Source: Octopus vulgaris
Taxonomy: Eukaryota
Direction: 5' to 3'
Length of the DNA stretch: 64,000 nucleotides
Assembly: GCA_951406725.2 (NCBI GenBank)
Contig: OX597816.1
Location: 66,526,001-66,590,000 of the forward strand
Shown here: one piece after another, positions 28,211 through 39,982 of the stretch
Numbering within the stretch: the stretch's first letter is position 1
Layout of the letters: each line of letters starts with the position of its first letter
Notes under the pieces: model-generated
Database searches by the model: none
Seen by the model: only the letters and a program-made list of their open reading frames with translations
Told to the model about the DNA's origin: nothing
Program-made: the position numbers and the translations under genes

Positions 28211-28557
28211 ACAATTGCAGCATGGAAGGTGTTTATAAGCCATTTAAGAAACACACAAAAACCGTTGGATTCACTTCATCAGTTAAATTTAATTTGCCAA
28301 AATATTTTTGTCGCTTTGAGACTGCGACTTGTTCACTGACAAAATTCCGTGCTGCATGACGTAGTTTTGTCAGTGAACAGGTCGCGGTCTCAAAGCGACG
28401 AAAATATTTTGGCAAATTAAATTTAACTGTTGAAGTGAATCCAACGGTTTTTGTGTGTTTCTTAAATGGCTTATAAACACCTTCCACGCTGCAATTGTTT
28501 TCGTTCCAGCACACGATCTCAGATCAGGTCACTTGCTATGCATGTACATCTCCGTAA
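28211..28557. mobile_element. Asymmetric inverted-repeat insertion (family 3) with about 13-bp TSD, nested in a hAT MITE
   Basis: 28209-28345 is the reverse complement of about 28364-28500, followed by an unpaired tail at 28501-28554. taataatatttaa occurs at 28198-28210 and 28558-28570. Confidence 0.8.
28366..28416 (+). ncRNA. Variant minimal hammerhead motif with G3:C8 core (family 3, right arm)
   Basis: TTTGTCA GTGAACA G GTCGC ggtctcaaa GCGAC GAAA ATAT T T TGGCAAA. 7-bp stem I, 5-bp stem II, AATATT palindrome. Confidence 0.65.
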
Positions 28558-30208
28558 TAATAATATTTAATCATAAAAAAAATATGATGGGACTTTTTAA
28601 AAATGAAATGGCTTGGGGGGGGGGTGTGTAATAGAATAAAATGGGAATCAAAGGGGTCCATAGGCAAAGAGTGGTTGAGATCCAGTGAGCTAGATCATAC
28701 TCATTTCCTTTCAGCAAACAGTCGGACCATCTGCCTTTAATGCCTATATAACACAATAATGCAGTAAGAATACTGAAAGAAAAACAAAGTATTCTTTTGA
28801 TATCTCAGCCAAAACATGAAAAAAAAAAGATTGAAATTCTAATTGAAACTTACGGCTGTTTTCTTGTGTTGTCAATAGGACAAGCCGCTCACTACAGGTT
28901 CCAACAGGTTCGTTATCACTGCTGTTCACTGAAACAAAGTCATGCAACAATATTATATAGATATCAGAAAGCACCAATGGCAGTGGAGAGTTTGTGAATA
29001 CATGAGGAAGTAAGAGCAAAACTACTAATTGTACATCGTTGAAAAACAGTAATACATAAGCAATATTGGTTGTGATGCTAACTTGACAAACTGCAGACAA
29101 TATGGTCAGGAGTTCAAATCTTACTATCAGAGCCACTGGGGGAGACACATAAACACAAAAATCTTGATGTTAGAGTTTGCGGAATAAATATACATCAGGT
29201 TCCACTCCTACTTCATGGTTGAGTTGTCAGAAGGATAGCTAACCATTAAAAAAATGCTCCAACACAAAACATTATGCTAAAGTTGTCACAGCAAGCAGGG
29301 CTGTGTAGTTATGAAGTTCACTTTGCAACCGTGTGCTTTCAGGTCCAGTTCCACTGCGTGCCACTTTAGCCAAGTATCTTCTACAATAGCCCCAGATTGC
29401 CCAATACCTTGAGAGTGAATTTGGTAGGCAGAAGCTGTGTGTGTGTGTGTATACATATACACATGTGCCAGTGGAACATTAAAAGCACATCCGAGTGTGA
29501 TTGTTGCCAGGGCCACGGATTGGCTCCCGTGCAGGTGGCACATGAAAAGCACCATTCGAGCGTGATCGTTGCAAGAGTTGCCTTACTGCTGGTGGCACGT
29601 GAAAAACGACATTCAAGCATGGTCATTGCCAGTGCCACCAGACCGGCTCCCGTGCAGGTAGCATGTAAAAAAACACCTTTTGAGCATGGTTGTTGTCAGT
29701 ATCACCTGACTGACCCTTATGTTGGTGGCATGTAAAAGCACCTACTACACTTCGGAGTGGTTGGTGTTAAGAAGGGCATACAGCTGTAGAAACTTTGTCA
29801 GATCAGATGAGCCTGGTGCAGCCTCTGGCTCACCAGTCCTCAGTCAAACCATCCAACCCATGCCAGCATGGAAAGCGGATATTAAATGATGAGGATGATG
29901 ATGATGATAATGACATGCATGTAATGTGTCTTTGTTTCCTGCCACTGCTTGACAACCAGTGTTGCTTTATTTACATCCCTGTAACTTAGCAGTTCAAATG
30001 GGGCCAAGAGAATAAGTACCAAGCTTAAAAATAAGTTCTGGGATTGATTTGTACAACTAAACCCATCAAGGTGGTGCCCCGGCTTCAGTCAACTGATTGA
30101 AACAAATATACGACTGAAGCTGGACAAATGGATGCGTGATGGAGAAGTGGAAGGACAGGGATGAGGAGGGGAGTAACCAATGAAATATTTATGATACAAT
30201 AAACCAAG

Positions 30209-30351
30209 ATGCAGCACAAAGTTTTGTCAGTGAACAGGTCGCGGTCTCAAAGAGACGAAAATATTTTGACAAATTAGATTTAAATGTTGAAGGGAATCTA
30301 ACGGTTTTTGTGCGTTTCTTAAATGGCTTATAAACACCTTCCACGCTGCAA
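30209..30351 (+). mobile_element. Single-arm copy of family 3 with a G3:C8 hammerhead motif at 30223-30273
   Basis: Near-identical to 28364-28494. Stem I is a perfect TTTGTCA/TGACAAA; stem II has one mismatch. Confidence 0.75.
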
Positions 30352-30839
30352 ACTTTTGAATACATTAGTATAAATATGTTTAATGCAGTGAGTATTAAAA
30401 TATTATAACCTCTTCAGTGAAAGAATGACTTTATTATACTTAAGTAACGATGAGAGAATCACAAAGTAAATAAACTATTGAGGTTAATTACTCGGAGATG
30501 GTATACAGAGAAGTCTGAGTAGTTAAGAAGCTCACTTTGCAAATGTGAGGTTCTGGGTTCCATCTCACTGCATGGCAGCTTGGGCACATGTCTTACCCAT
30601 AGCCTCAGGTATTTGTAAGTAGAATCAAGTACACAGAAACTGTAAGGAAGCTTGTTAGATGGAATATACCTATAATACAAAGGGCCAGCCTTGTTATACT
30701 GTGCTGCTGAAAATTACATTAACGGGACATATGTCTGTGGAATACCCAGCCACTTGGCATGCAAATTCAATGGGCAAGTTTATGAAGTTGATCAAACAAC
30801 TGTATGTTTATATGTCGAAATAACCAAGAACGTCCATTA

Positions 30840-30842
30840 TAT

Positions 30843-30882
<40 letters not shown>

Positions 30883-30915
30883 GCATATACATACATACAT
30901 ATATATATGCATATG

Positions 30916-30955
<40 letters not shown>

Positions 30956-31206
30956 TATGCATACATACATATATATATATGCATATGCATACATACATAT
31001 ATATATATGCATACATACATATATATATATACATATGCATACATACATATATATATATACATATGCATACATACATATATATATATACATATGCATACAT
31101 ACATATATATATATACATATGCATACATACATATATATATATCCATATACATACATACATATATATATATATATCCGTATACATACATACATATATATAT
31201 ATATAT
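30840..31206. repeat. Compound minisatellite, about 26-nt unit ACATATGCATACATACATATATATAT
   Basis: Direct tandem repeats; source of the spurious YI/HT/CM ORFs. Confidence 0.92.
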
Positions 31207-31430
31207 TTCTTGTTATGCTAAGAAGCACTGCATATATGACAATTTTCAACTCAAGTCAAATATAACAAACTACTCCAAATCCTTGTTAGAGTATCTGCAT
31301 ACATGGAGTCTGGACCGGCTAGTTTGTATTACTATCAAGTCACATAAGTTACAATAATGAAGCCAAACCAAATAATAATACTTTGAAATCATTTAAAAAT
31401 CTAAGTTTCAAGTATATATATATATATATT

Positions 31431-31485
31431 TTTTCATTTAGAGATAGTAGGTGAGATGAAGGAGCCTACTATCTCTAAATGAAAA
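31431..31485. repeat. Perfect 21-bp inverted repeat with 13-nt loop
   Basis: ttttcatttagagatagtagg / cctactatctctaaatgaaaa. Confidence 0.9.
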
Positions 31486-32033
31486 TATATATTTCTTAAT
31501 TGAGAATAATTTGAACCCCTGTTATGCCGGAATTTTTATTCCCTAACAAATAAAATTAAATAAAATATTATCATCGTTTAATGTCCGCTTTCCATATATA
31601 TATACACACACACACACACACATATATATAATTAAGATTCAGTTGAATTCGGTACTTAGATTGAGGCACCTTGTTAGGTCAGTATAATCTGCACACCCAA
31701 ACAATATTAATTGAATATTGAATATCAGAACTCTGTGCAGGAGTGTTTGCACCTGATATTCCTGTCGTGTATGCAGACAACACAACCTAGCTGAATGAAG
31801 ATATCCGCTCTTGGCAGATCAGACATGTACTTTATATAAAGGTACTTTCTGTAGTATTTCTGAAGTGAAAATTCCAAGGTAGGTGAAAAAAATATAAATA
31901 AATGTGTAATGAAGATGTACAGGTGTCAATTCATTAAGGCCTTTTCAAGCGACCCCTTTAATTGATTAATGGAAACATTACATCATTTGAAGGAAACTGT
32001 TCTTGTCAGATGACCACATAGACTTCTGTTGTC

Positions 32034-32127
32034 ATATCTCTGGCAGAATGAGTATATAATAATAATGTTTTTATAGTAGATTTGACAAGGTATGCATTAC
32101 TTTCTAAACTCATTCTGCCAGAGATAT
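32034..32127. repeat. Perfect 20-bp inverted repeat with 54-nt spacer
   Basis: atatctctggcagaatgagt / actcattctgccagagatat. Confidence 0.85.
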
Positions 32128-32701
32128 AGCAGAAACAATGTAAATATTTTGAGCTCCATATCAAATTTGATGACTGGCGTCCGTGCTAGCGGGGTGCGAA
32201 GAGCACCATACGAGTGTGACCATTGACAGAGCGACTAACCGGCTTCCGTGCCAGTGACACTTAAAAGACACCATTCGAGCATGATCATTACCAGCATTGC
32301 CATACTGGCACCTGTGCAGGTGGCATGTGTAAAAGATTCAAGCGAGGTCGTTGCCAGTACCGCCTGACTGACCTGTGCCGGTGGCACGTAAAAGCACCCA
32401 CTACACTCTCGGAGTGGTTGGCATTAGGAAGGGCATCCAGCTGTAGAAACTCTGCCAGATCAAGATTGAAGCCTGGTGCAGCCATCTGGTTCACCAGCCC
32501 TCAGTCATTCGTCCAATGACGAAACGACGATGATGTTAAAGCAGTTGTGGTATCCTTTAAATTTGAACTCGAAGCCATGTAGTTGGGAAGCAAACTTTTT
32601 AACCACACAACCATGCTTACACCCTTATATATATCTATAAATGTATACATACATGCACAACATTACAAATATTACTGAAGTTGAGAGGAGCAAGGGCTTA
32701 C

Positions 32702-32818
32702 CTGATGCCACAGAATCCGTAATCTTAGTTCTAGTCATGGGAACAGGAGATTGGCGATTTAATTTCTTATAGTCCTTTCCTAAGGACCGACGAAAATGCT
32801 CCTCTGGATCACACATAC
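32702..32818 (-). CDS. VGLL4: VGLL4/Tgi-like gene, coding exon B (117 nt, phase 1-1), Tondu motif 1
   Basis: Acceptor ttttacag|GT and donor TCAG|gtaagc. Encodes GMCDPEEHFRRSLGKDYKKLNRQSPVPMTRTKITDSVAS, compared with vertebrate VGLL4 CDPVVEEHFRRSLGKNY. Confidence 0.93.
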
Positions 32819-35800
32819 CTGTAAAATGGTAACAAATACATTTCAGATTTTCTGTAGTTGTAGGATTTTAAACAGATTAGGCATTCACTAATAGAATGGT
32901 TAATCTGTTCTGTTGAAAAATTTGAAGAACTCAGACACCCAGTATATTTCAGATATTGAAAGCTTGGTAAGCTTCATGCTTTGACGATATCATTACTCTT
33001 TTACTTGTTTCAGTCATTTGACTGTGGCCATGCTGGAGCACTGCCTTTAGTCAAGCAAACTGACCCTGGGACTTATTCTTTGTAAGCCTAGTACTTATTC
33101 TATCGGGCTCTTTCACCGAACCGCTAAGTTACGGGGACGAAACACACCAGCATCGGTTGTCAAGAGATGTTGGGGCGGACAAACACAGATACACAAACGT
33201 ATACTCACACATATATACAACGAGCTTCTTTCAGTTTCCACTCACAACGCTGTGGTTGGCCTGAGGCTATAGAAGACACTTGCCCAAGGTGCCACGCAGT
33301 GGGACTGAACCCGGAACCATGTGGTTGGTAAGCAACCTACTTACCACATAGCCACTCCTATGCCTATAATTCATTGGTCAACTGAATAGTAAAACCTAAT
33401 TCAGTTTTCATAAATAGATTACCTGTCCATTTTGATGTTTGTTTTCAGTATTTTAGTTAACCTTTGTTTCATACATTCTGAGTAATACAAAGCTTTCATT
33501 TATTAAGTTCCAAGTTACTCTGGTAGTTGAAAAAATTGAGAATGTGTATCATATATGATGCATGGCTGCCAGGGAAACATGTTCTGTGTATCACATGTGA
33601 TGTACAGGACAAGCAAAAGATTATGATAATTCAATTCTATATATATTTCTTTACTACCCCAAGGGGCTAAACACAGAGGGGACAAACAAGGACAGATAAA
33701 TGGATTAAGTCAATTACATCGACCCCAGTGCGTAACTGGTACTTAATTTATCGACCCCGAAAGGATGAAAGGCAAAGTCGACCTCGGTGGAATTTGAACC
33801 CAGAACGTAACGGCAGACGAAATACAGCTATGCATTTCGCCTGGCTAACGTTTCTGCCAGCTCGCTGCCCTATGATAATTCAATTCTATATAGTTGAGTG
33901 TCTAGAGCAGAGAAAGCGTAGGATTGTGACGGCCCTTTCTTCCTGACTCACTGAGAACCTGACAATCTTTCTAGTGCTGGTAGCACGAGAAAATGCACCC
34001 ATTTCATACTATAAAGCAATTGGTAATAACAAGGGAATTCAGCTATAGAAACCAAACCAAGATGACATTTACAAGTACAGCCCTATATTCAAAGAAGTCA
34101 TAAACTTCAAAGGAAGGTCTCATATAAGATTTCAATAATTACAGAAATACATGGATTTTCTTTTCTCTAAAGTGAAGGAGCTGAATTACTGATTTAAACT
34201 GATTTAAACCAAGCTGTATACCAAAGGAGTGTGTAGACTGCAGCAGGCAGTCTATCTCTAAAACAGATTACTCTTCTAGTTTCAAAGGCAAACTAGTCTG
34301 CTGCTGGAGAGATACTACATTGCAAAAATGTCTTTCTTGAAGTAATATGCAAACTTCTAATTTGACAACAACCAGCCAGTCCATCTATGCAAACATGTAA
34401 AAATGCAAAACAGTCAGGGGAAAATATTCGGTCTTATTTTCAACTATGCTTGTAGCAGCCAATGTGCTGCTATGCATTTTACATTTTAGGTAATACTTCT
34501 TAAGGCTGGTTAATTCTAGATCCACATTCATTTCTCTTAAAATAATAAATAAAATAAGATAAAATAACAAAAAAATTCAGGTGTGAAGTGTAAAGACAAA
34601 ACAGGAAAACAACGAGGAAGTCGATGAGCAAGTCTTCAGCATGATATATAATTAGTGTAGCAAGGGTTAAAACAACATCTGACAAATTTTAACGAAGGTC
34701 TTTTGGATGCTGTTGGTAAGGTAGGTGGCAGTAAAGAAAGAAAGAAAGAAGGAAAGAAATTCCTGTAGTTTACAGTTTCTCAATACAAATTCTCAGGATA
34801 ACCATTTCAGAGCGGTACTAAATACCAGTGAACATACATGGCATTCTTGATATAATGAGCTAAAGTATTCAGTTACATTTTATATGGAAATATGCTTGCT
34901 TCAGAGAAGGAGAAAAACGGCAAAAACAACAAGATACCCTAAATGAAGAATTTATGCTATAGCGATTGATGCTGAAAACACAGATTTTTTTTTGTCAGCT
35001 TACAGAAGTTAAGGCATTGCTAAGACAAGCAAGCACAGTTCTTAGATGAGTGACAATTTGAGCAATCCATCTAAAAACTAGTTAACCATAACAATTATAT
35101 TACTCCAGACCGCCTCAGTTTGTCATTGACACCACCACTACCATCACCACCACCACCTAAACTTCAGCTCCAAATATCACCAAACACACTGCTTCAAATA
35201 CACCCCTACATTCAGTTATGAACATGACTGACACTACATCTTTAAATACCAAAACTAATACTGAATAGTATTCCAGTTAACTTACAATTAGTCTCACCAT
35301 TTCTACATGGTGTGGTTTTCTTTCACATTCATAACCACAACATTCTTCTCACATTTTACTAGTTTATGGAAGTACTAACTCATAAAATCTTGGATAATAA
35401 TTTCTGATGAGAGAGAGAGAAAAAAAAAACTGAAAAAAACCGACAGATATAACAATTTCAACACAAATAAGTACAGGCGTGACTGTGTAGTTAGGAAATT
35501 TGCTTCCCAGCCATGACGCCTTGGGTTCAATCCAACTGTACTGCATCTTAGGCAAGTATCTTCTACAATAGCCTTGTAAGTGGATTTGCTACATGGAAAC
35601 TGAAAGAATCCTGTTGTGTGAGTGTGTATGTATTAGAAAATGGAGAATAGGTAAGGGGTGTGTGAATATAATGAATGAAGAACAAATATGAGTTGTGGAA
35701 AAGTGGGAGAGAGTAGGGGATGACTGACAGCGCAGAAAAGAGGGTAGGGAGAGAGAGGCAGGTATAGTGTACGGGAGGGTGAGAAATGTATGATAATGGA

Positions 35801-36887
35801 GAAGGAGAGATAATTTAGTGGCTCAGAGAGGGGTCTTGATTTATGTAAAATGTGGGTGGAGAGAACTGTATTAAGGGTGAAGGAAGGATATCAAGTGAAA
35901 TGTTGTGGGTGGCAAGCAAATATTTAAATGTTCTTGGTGCAGGGAACCATCTGGCAGCATCTAAAGTTATAAAATAAATAATGCTGACCACTGGGAATAG
36001 TAAAAGTTTGGTAACCTAGTGCTAGAACAAAGCCGATGTTGAATTAAAGAAGGAGCCACTAAGTGGTTGATTGATTTATAGATGTAGCAGTCAAATCCTT
36101 CTCAAATCACACTCTAGCATCTTCAATAAAACAGCCTGCTAATCATGCTTGGAATAGCTTTGATCATAGGTTTACTTGCGCCAGGTTAACCTGATGATGT
36201 TTGAAAGGGGAACAGATGAAGGTTGCTACTTATAGAAACAAATAGGTGCTTTTCTGTTTGTCTACTAAAAACAAACAACATTCATCATCATCATTATTTT
36301 ATCATCTACTATTCTATGTTAGCATGGATCAAATAGAATTTGTTGAGATGGATTTTTTGCAGCCACATGCCCTTCCTGTCACCAACCCTCATCTATTTCC
36401 AAGTAATTTAATATTTCCTCATAAGCAGACATGTTTTTTTAGGGAAGATTGGAAACTGCTTGCATGATGTTGACACTCACAACTATCATGTTATGTCAAG
36501 GCAAAGTGACAGTAACACATACATAATATAACTCACAAAGCTTTGGTTACCCCAGTGCTATAGTTGAAGGTACATGCCTATGGTGCCACACAACAGGAGC
36601 GAACCCAGAACCATATGGTTGGGAAGTAAACTTCTGACCACATAGCCACTCCTACAGCAATATTAGATGTTTAAAAAGTGAGGCCCTGTACGGCAATCAA
36701 GATTTTCTGCAGCAATTTGACAGAAAAGAGCTGGGTATGGTTAATCTTATGTACAAGTGACTTAAGAATGTCATTGGACAACAAGCATATGTTTATAAAG
36801 TTAATCCAAACATGAAAACACAACAACACGAGGACGTGCAACAAATATAGTATTATTGGACGCTCAGGAAGGAAGGGAAGAAGGAGG

Positions 36888-36922
36888 GTTTTACGTTTCG
36901 AGCGGAGCTCTTCGTCAGAAAC
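36888..36922 (-). ncRNA. Minimal type I hammerhead ribozyme motif (family 2) within a short repeat at about 36808-36991
   Basis: Minus strand reads GTTT CTGACGA A GAGC tcc GCTC GAAA CG T A AAAC. Intact core, ACGT palindrome, GUA triplet. Confidence 0.82.
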
Positions 36923-38042
36923 ATAGGAAAAGGAAAGATCAGGGAAGGGAAGACGGAGGAAAAAAAATCGCCAACGGTACACACACGGTCAGAAGAAGAT
37001 ACAGATGTAAACGCATGCAGAGAGATTGGGTGAAAAGTGTCTTGAGTTTATGATTTACAGTACTCATAAAATAAATCTTTAGTTAAATATATTCAATGAG
37101 AATTTTATATACTGAATTTACATTGAGTGCTCTATTGTATCAAAGTATTAATACTTTTAAGTATTTATGTATTTAATACGAGTAATTATATATATTTTAT
37201 AATATATTATTATTTATACAGATTAATATTAGGAAATCAATACCAGAAAATTCTTCAGAGAAATATATACGCGTGAAAAATAATTGTATCAAAAATATAA
37301 ATAAGTATAAGTATAAATATATAATGTATTTGACAGTTTAAAAGTTTTGAATTAAGTTTTTAAAGCATCTTATGATCGTTTCGCAGAAGTGCTGTCCCTA
37401 TAATGGAATCCTATATTGGAAAGTATTTATAGACAACTCTTCTGCTCTTCAGAGATATAAAATTTGAATTTTGTATAATTTATCGAATGGTAATTTAAAA
37501 AAAAAAAATGAAGTAATACTATAAAATGGTGTTTGTTTGAAATATAAATTAAAAATTAAGAATTACTGCTTTTGATTTTGGTAAGTACACTTTAGTGTGA
37601 GAGTCCTTAAATCCATATATACATTCTTGGTTAGTCTTCTGTAATAATCCATAATAGTTATGTGTAACATCCATTATATTGTCTTGTATTCCAAATATAG
37701 TTCATAGACTTAGATAATATAGAAATATTATACTCATAAAATAAGAAGAAATTGTATCACAGCTAGATCTCAAAGAGTCAAGAGACAGTTGGCAATGGCA
37801 GTAACCAATCTTTGAGAGGTGCCAAAAACTCTTGGACTCTTGAGTCACTATGTAACTTTTGCTGGTAGTTATAGGATGTTTCACAAGCAATCAGCTCTGA
37901 ATGCGCTGCTTCTTATAGCAGAAACAGCAGTAAACTAACGAAAGTGATTACACAACTCCTGTTCATTTAATTCAGTTCTATATTTAAAAGATAAGGAATT
38001 ATTTACATTTGACGGATGTTTGTCCTCATCTTGTTTGTTGTT

Positions 38043-38088
38043 AACACAACGTTTCGACTGATATACCCTTCAGCCTTCATCAGGTGTC
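38043..38088 (-). ncRNA. Minimal type I hammerhead ribozyme motif (family 1, left arm)
   Basis: Minus strand reads GACAC CTGATGA A GGCTG aagggtatat CAGTC GAAA CG T T GTGTT; one G-U wobble in stem II. Confidence 0.82.
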
Positions 38089-38377
38089 TTAGGGAAATTT
38101 CGAACCTGGGTTCTCATTCCTAAGGTATTTTTCAATGTTGTTGTCGCTATTATTATTTTTCAGGTCACTGCCTGGAACCAAACTCAGAATCTTAAGGTTT
38201 GTAGCCCACGCTCTTAACCACTACACCCACGGGCATATGGCATAGTGGTTAAGAGTGCAGGCTACTAACCCCAAGATTTCAAGTTTGATTCCAGGCAGTG
38301 AACTGAATAATAATAATAGCGACAACAACATTGAAAAATACCTTAGGAATGAGAACCCAGGTTCGAAATTTCCCTAA

Positions 38378-38423
38378 GACACCTGATGAAGGCTGGAGAG
38401 TATATCAGCCGAAACGTTGTGTT
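38378..38423 (+). ncRNA. Minimal type I hammerhead ribozyme motif (family 1, right arm)
   Basis: GACAC CTGATGA A GGCTG gagagtatat CAGCC GAAA CG T T GTGTT. Intact core, 5-bp stem II, palindromic ACGT stem III, GUU cleavage triplet, stem I GACAC/GTGTT. Confidence 0.85.
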
Positions 38424-39649
38424 AACAACAAATAAGATGAGGATAAATATCCATCAAATGTAAATAATGTCCTGTTCATTTGTCATATATTAATTAATAT
38501 TATGCTCTGTACCTGCCTAACATTTTACACCGAAGCATAGATATATTAAGTTTTAACAACTGGTTATTAGTTTCGCTATGCTTAAATGAAATCATAAAAT
38601 ATGTATATATGTAAATTACTGCAAATAAAAATACTTTTCATGTAGAATGTACACATGGGTACATACTTAAACACACATGATACATATCTACACATTTACA
38701 AATGATCACAGTAATAGAAGTTAATACATAAGTACAAAAGTTGTATGTGCAGGCAGAAACAACTATATATACGTTTGTGTGCGTAAGTGTGTTTACCTGG
38801 GCACTTGTGGAATGTTGCCAATTTCAACATGATTTATAGACTGAAGAGCTCTTATATAGACAAATGTCTATACTCTTGAATTTAAAACTGTTTTCTGCCG
38901 CAGCTCTTTAATTATGTTGTATAGTGTGTCATGATGGATAGCCATTTGTAACATGGAAAGTCTGTAAGCTTTTTGGCAAGCAGAGAAGTGGATGAAGAAC
39001 TGGCAGACAAGAGCGGAAAGAAACAAGTGATGACACTAGATATATCTAGATTGAAATTATATTTCTTTGAAATGCAAGTTGTAGCTGGTTGAGTCAGTGA
39101 AGTGAAATTGGTTGAAATTTTGCTGCTTACCATATTTAGCAGTGAAGTGTCTATGACAACTATCAATAATTCAGTTCACCACTACCATCACCATCAATAT
39201 TTTAATGTCCCCTTTTCCATGTTGAAATGGGTTTGATGGAATTTGCTGGGGCTGATTTTCTACAGTAGGCTGCCCTTGTTGTTGCCAACCTTCACCTGTT
39301 TCCAAGTGAGGTAATATTTCCCCCCAGTCAGACTGGAAACGATGGACACCAGTTGTATGATGGTAACACTCACAACTATCACACAATGCTAAGACAAAGA
39401 GACACACACACACAATGGGCTTCTTTCAGTTTCCATCTACCAGATCCACTCACAAGTCTTTGGTTGGCCTGAGGCTATAGCAGAAGATACTTGCCCAAGG
39501 TGCCACACAGTGGGACCAAACTAGGAGCTATGTTTTTGGGAAGCAAACTTCTCAACTATACAGACACATCTGTACCCTTAAAGAATAAATGTAACAAAAC
39601 AGAATTAAAAAAAAAAGGGATTTTAATATTTTGATGTTAGATGTTGTGA

Positions 39650-39982
39650 AGGCGCATAGCTCAGTGGTTAGAGCATCGAGCTTATGATCGTAAGGTCATG
39701 AGTTCGAATCCCGAACTGGGCTGCGTGTTGTGTTCTTGAGCAAGACACTTTATTTCACGTTGCTCCAGTTAACTCAGCTGTAGAAATGAGTTGCGATGTC
39801 ACAGGTGCCAAGCTGTATTGGCCCCTTTGCCTTTCCCTTGGATAACACTGGTGGTGTGGAGAGGGAAGGCCAGTATTCATGGGCGACTGCTGGTCTTCCA
39901 TAAACAACCTTGCCCTGACTTGTACCTGGGAGGGTAACTTTCTAGGTGCAATCCTACGGTCAGTCATGACCGAAGGGGCTCT
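39650..39982 (+). mobile_element. tRNA-headed SINE family D (representative copy)
   Basis: A box TAGCTCAGTGG, B box GAGTTCGAATCC, then TGTGTTCTTGAGCAAGACAC. Related copies at about 12915-13140, 26168-26420 and 49880-50185. Confidence 0.85.

Larger units (their letters stand above)
28076..28687. mobile_element. hAT (Charlie-like) MITE, interrupted by the family 3 insertion
   Basis: TIRs CAGTGGATCTCAAC / GTTGAGATCCAGTG; 8-bp TSD agctagat at 28068-28075 and 28688-28695. Confidence 0.85.
37969..38469. mobile_element. Head-to-head inverted tRNA-headed, hammerhead-bearing retroelement with 12-bp TSD
   Basis: Arms about 37998-38225 and 38240-38468 are reverse complements. A-box-like TGGCATAGTGG and B-box-like GTTTGATTCC lie near the centre. 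tcctgttcattt is duplicated at 37957-37968 and 38470-38481. Confidence 0.8.

Noticed and set aside
31900-31985. ATGAAGA...GAAACATTACAT hammerhead-like arrangement
   Set aside because: Core position 3 and the stem register do not fit; stem II is unconvincing.
37050-37720. Possible Penelope ORF remnant on minus strand between two hammerheads
   Set aside because: Only faint peptide resemblance by eye; needs tBLASTn or HMM against Penelope RT/GIY-YIG profiles.
38912-39166. ORF containing SSVITCF, resembling RPSVITCA
   Set aside because: No convincing splice sites; a short match in AT-rich DNA is probably chance.
39650-39722. tRNA-like sequence
   Set aside because: Acceptor and anticodon stems do not pair properly and it runs into a repeated SINE body; it is a SINE head, not a tRNA gene.
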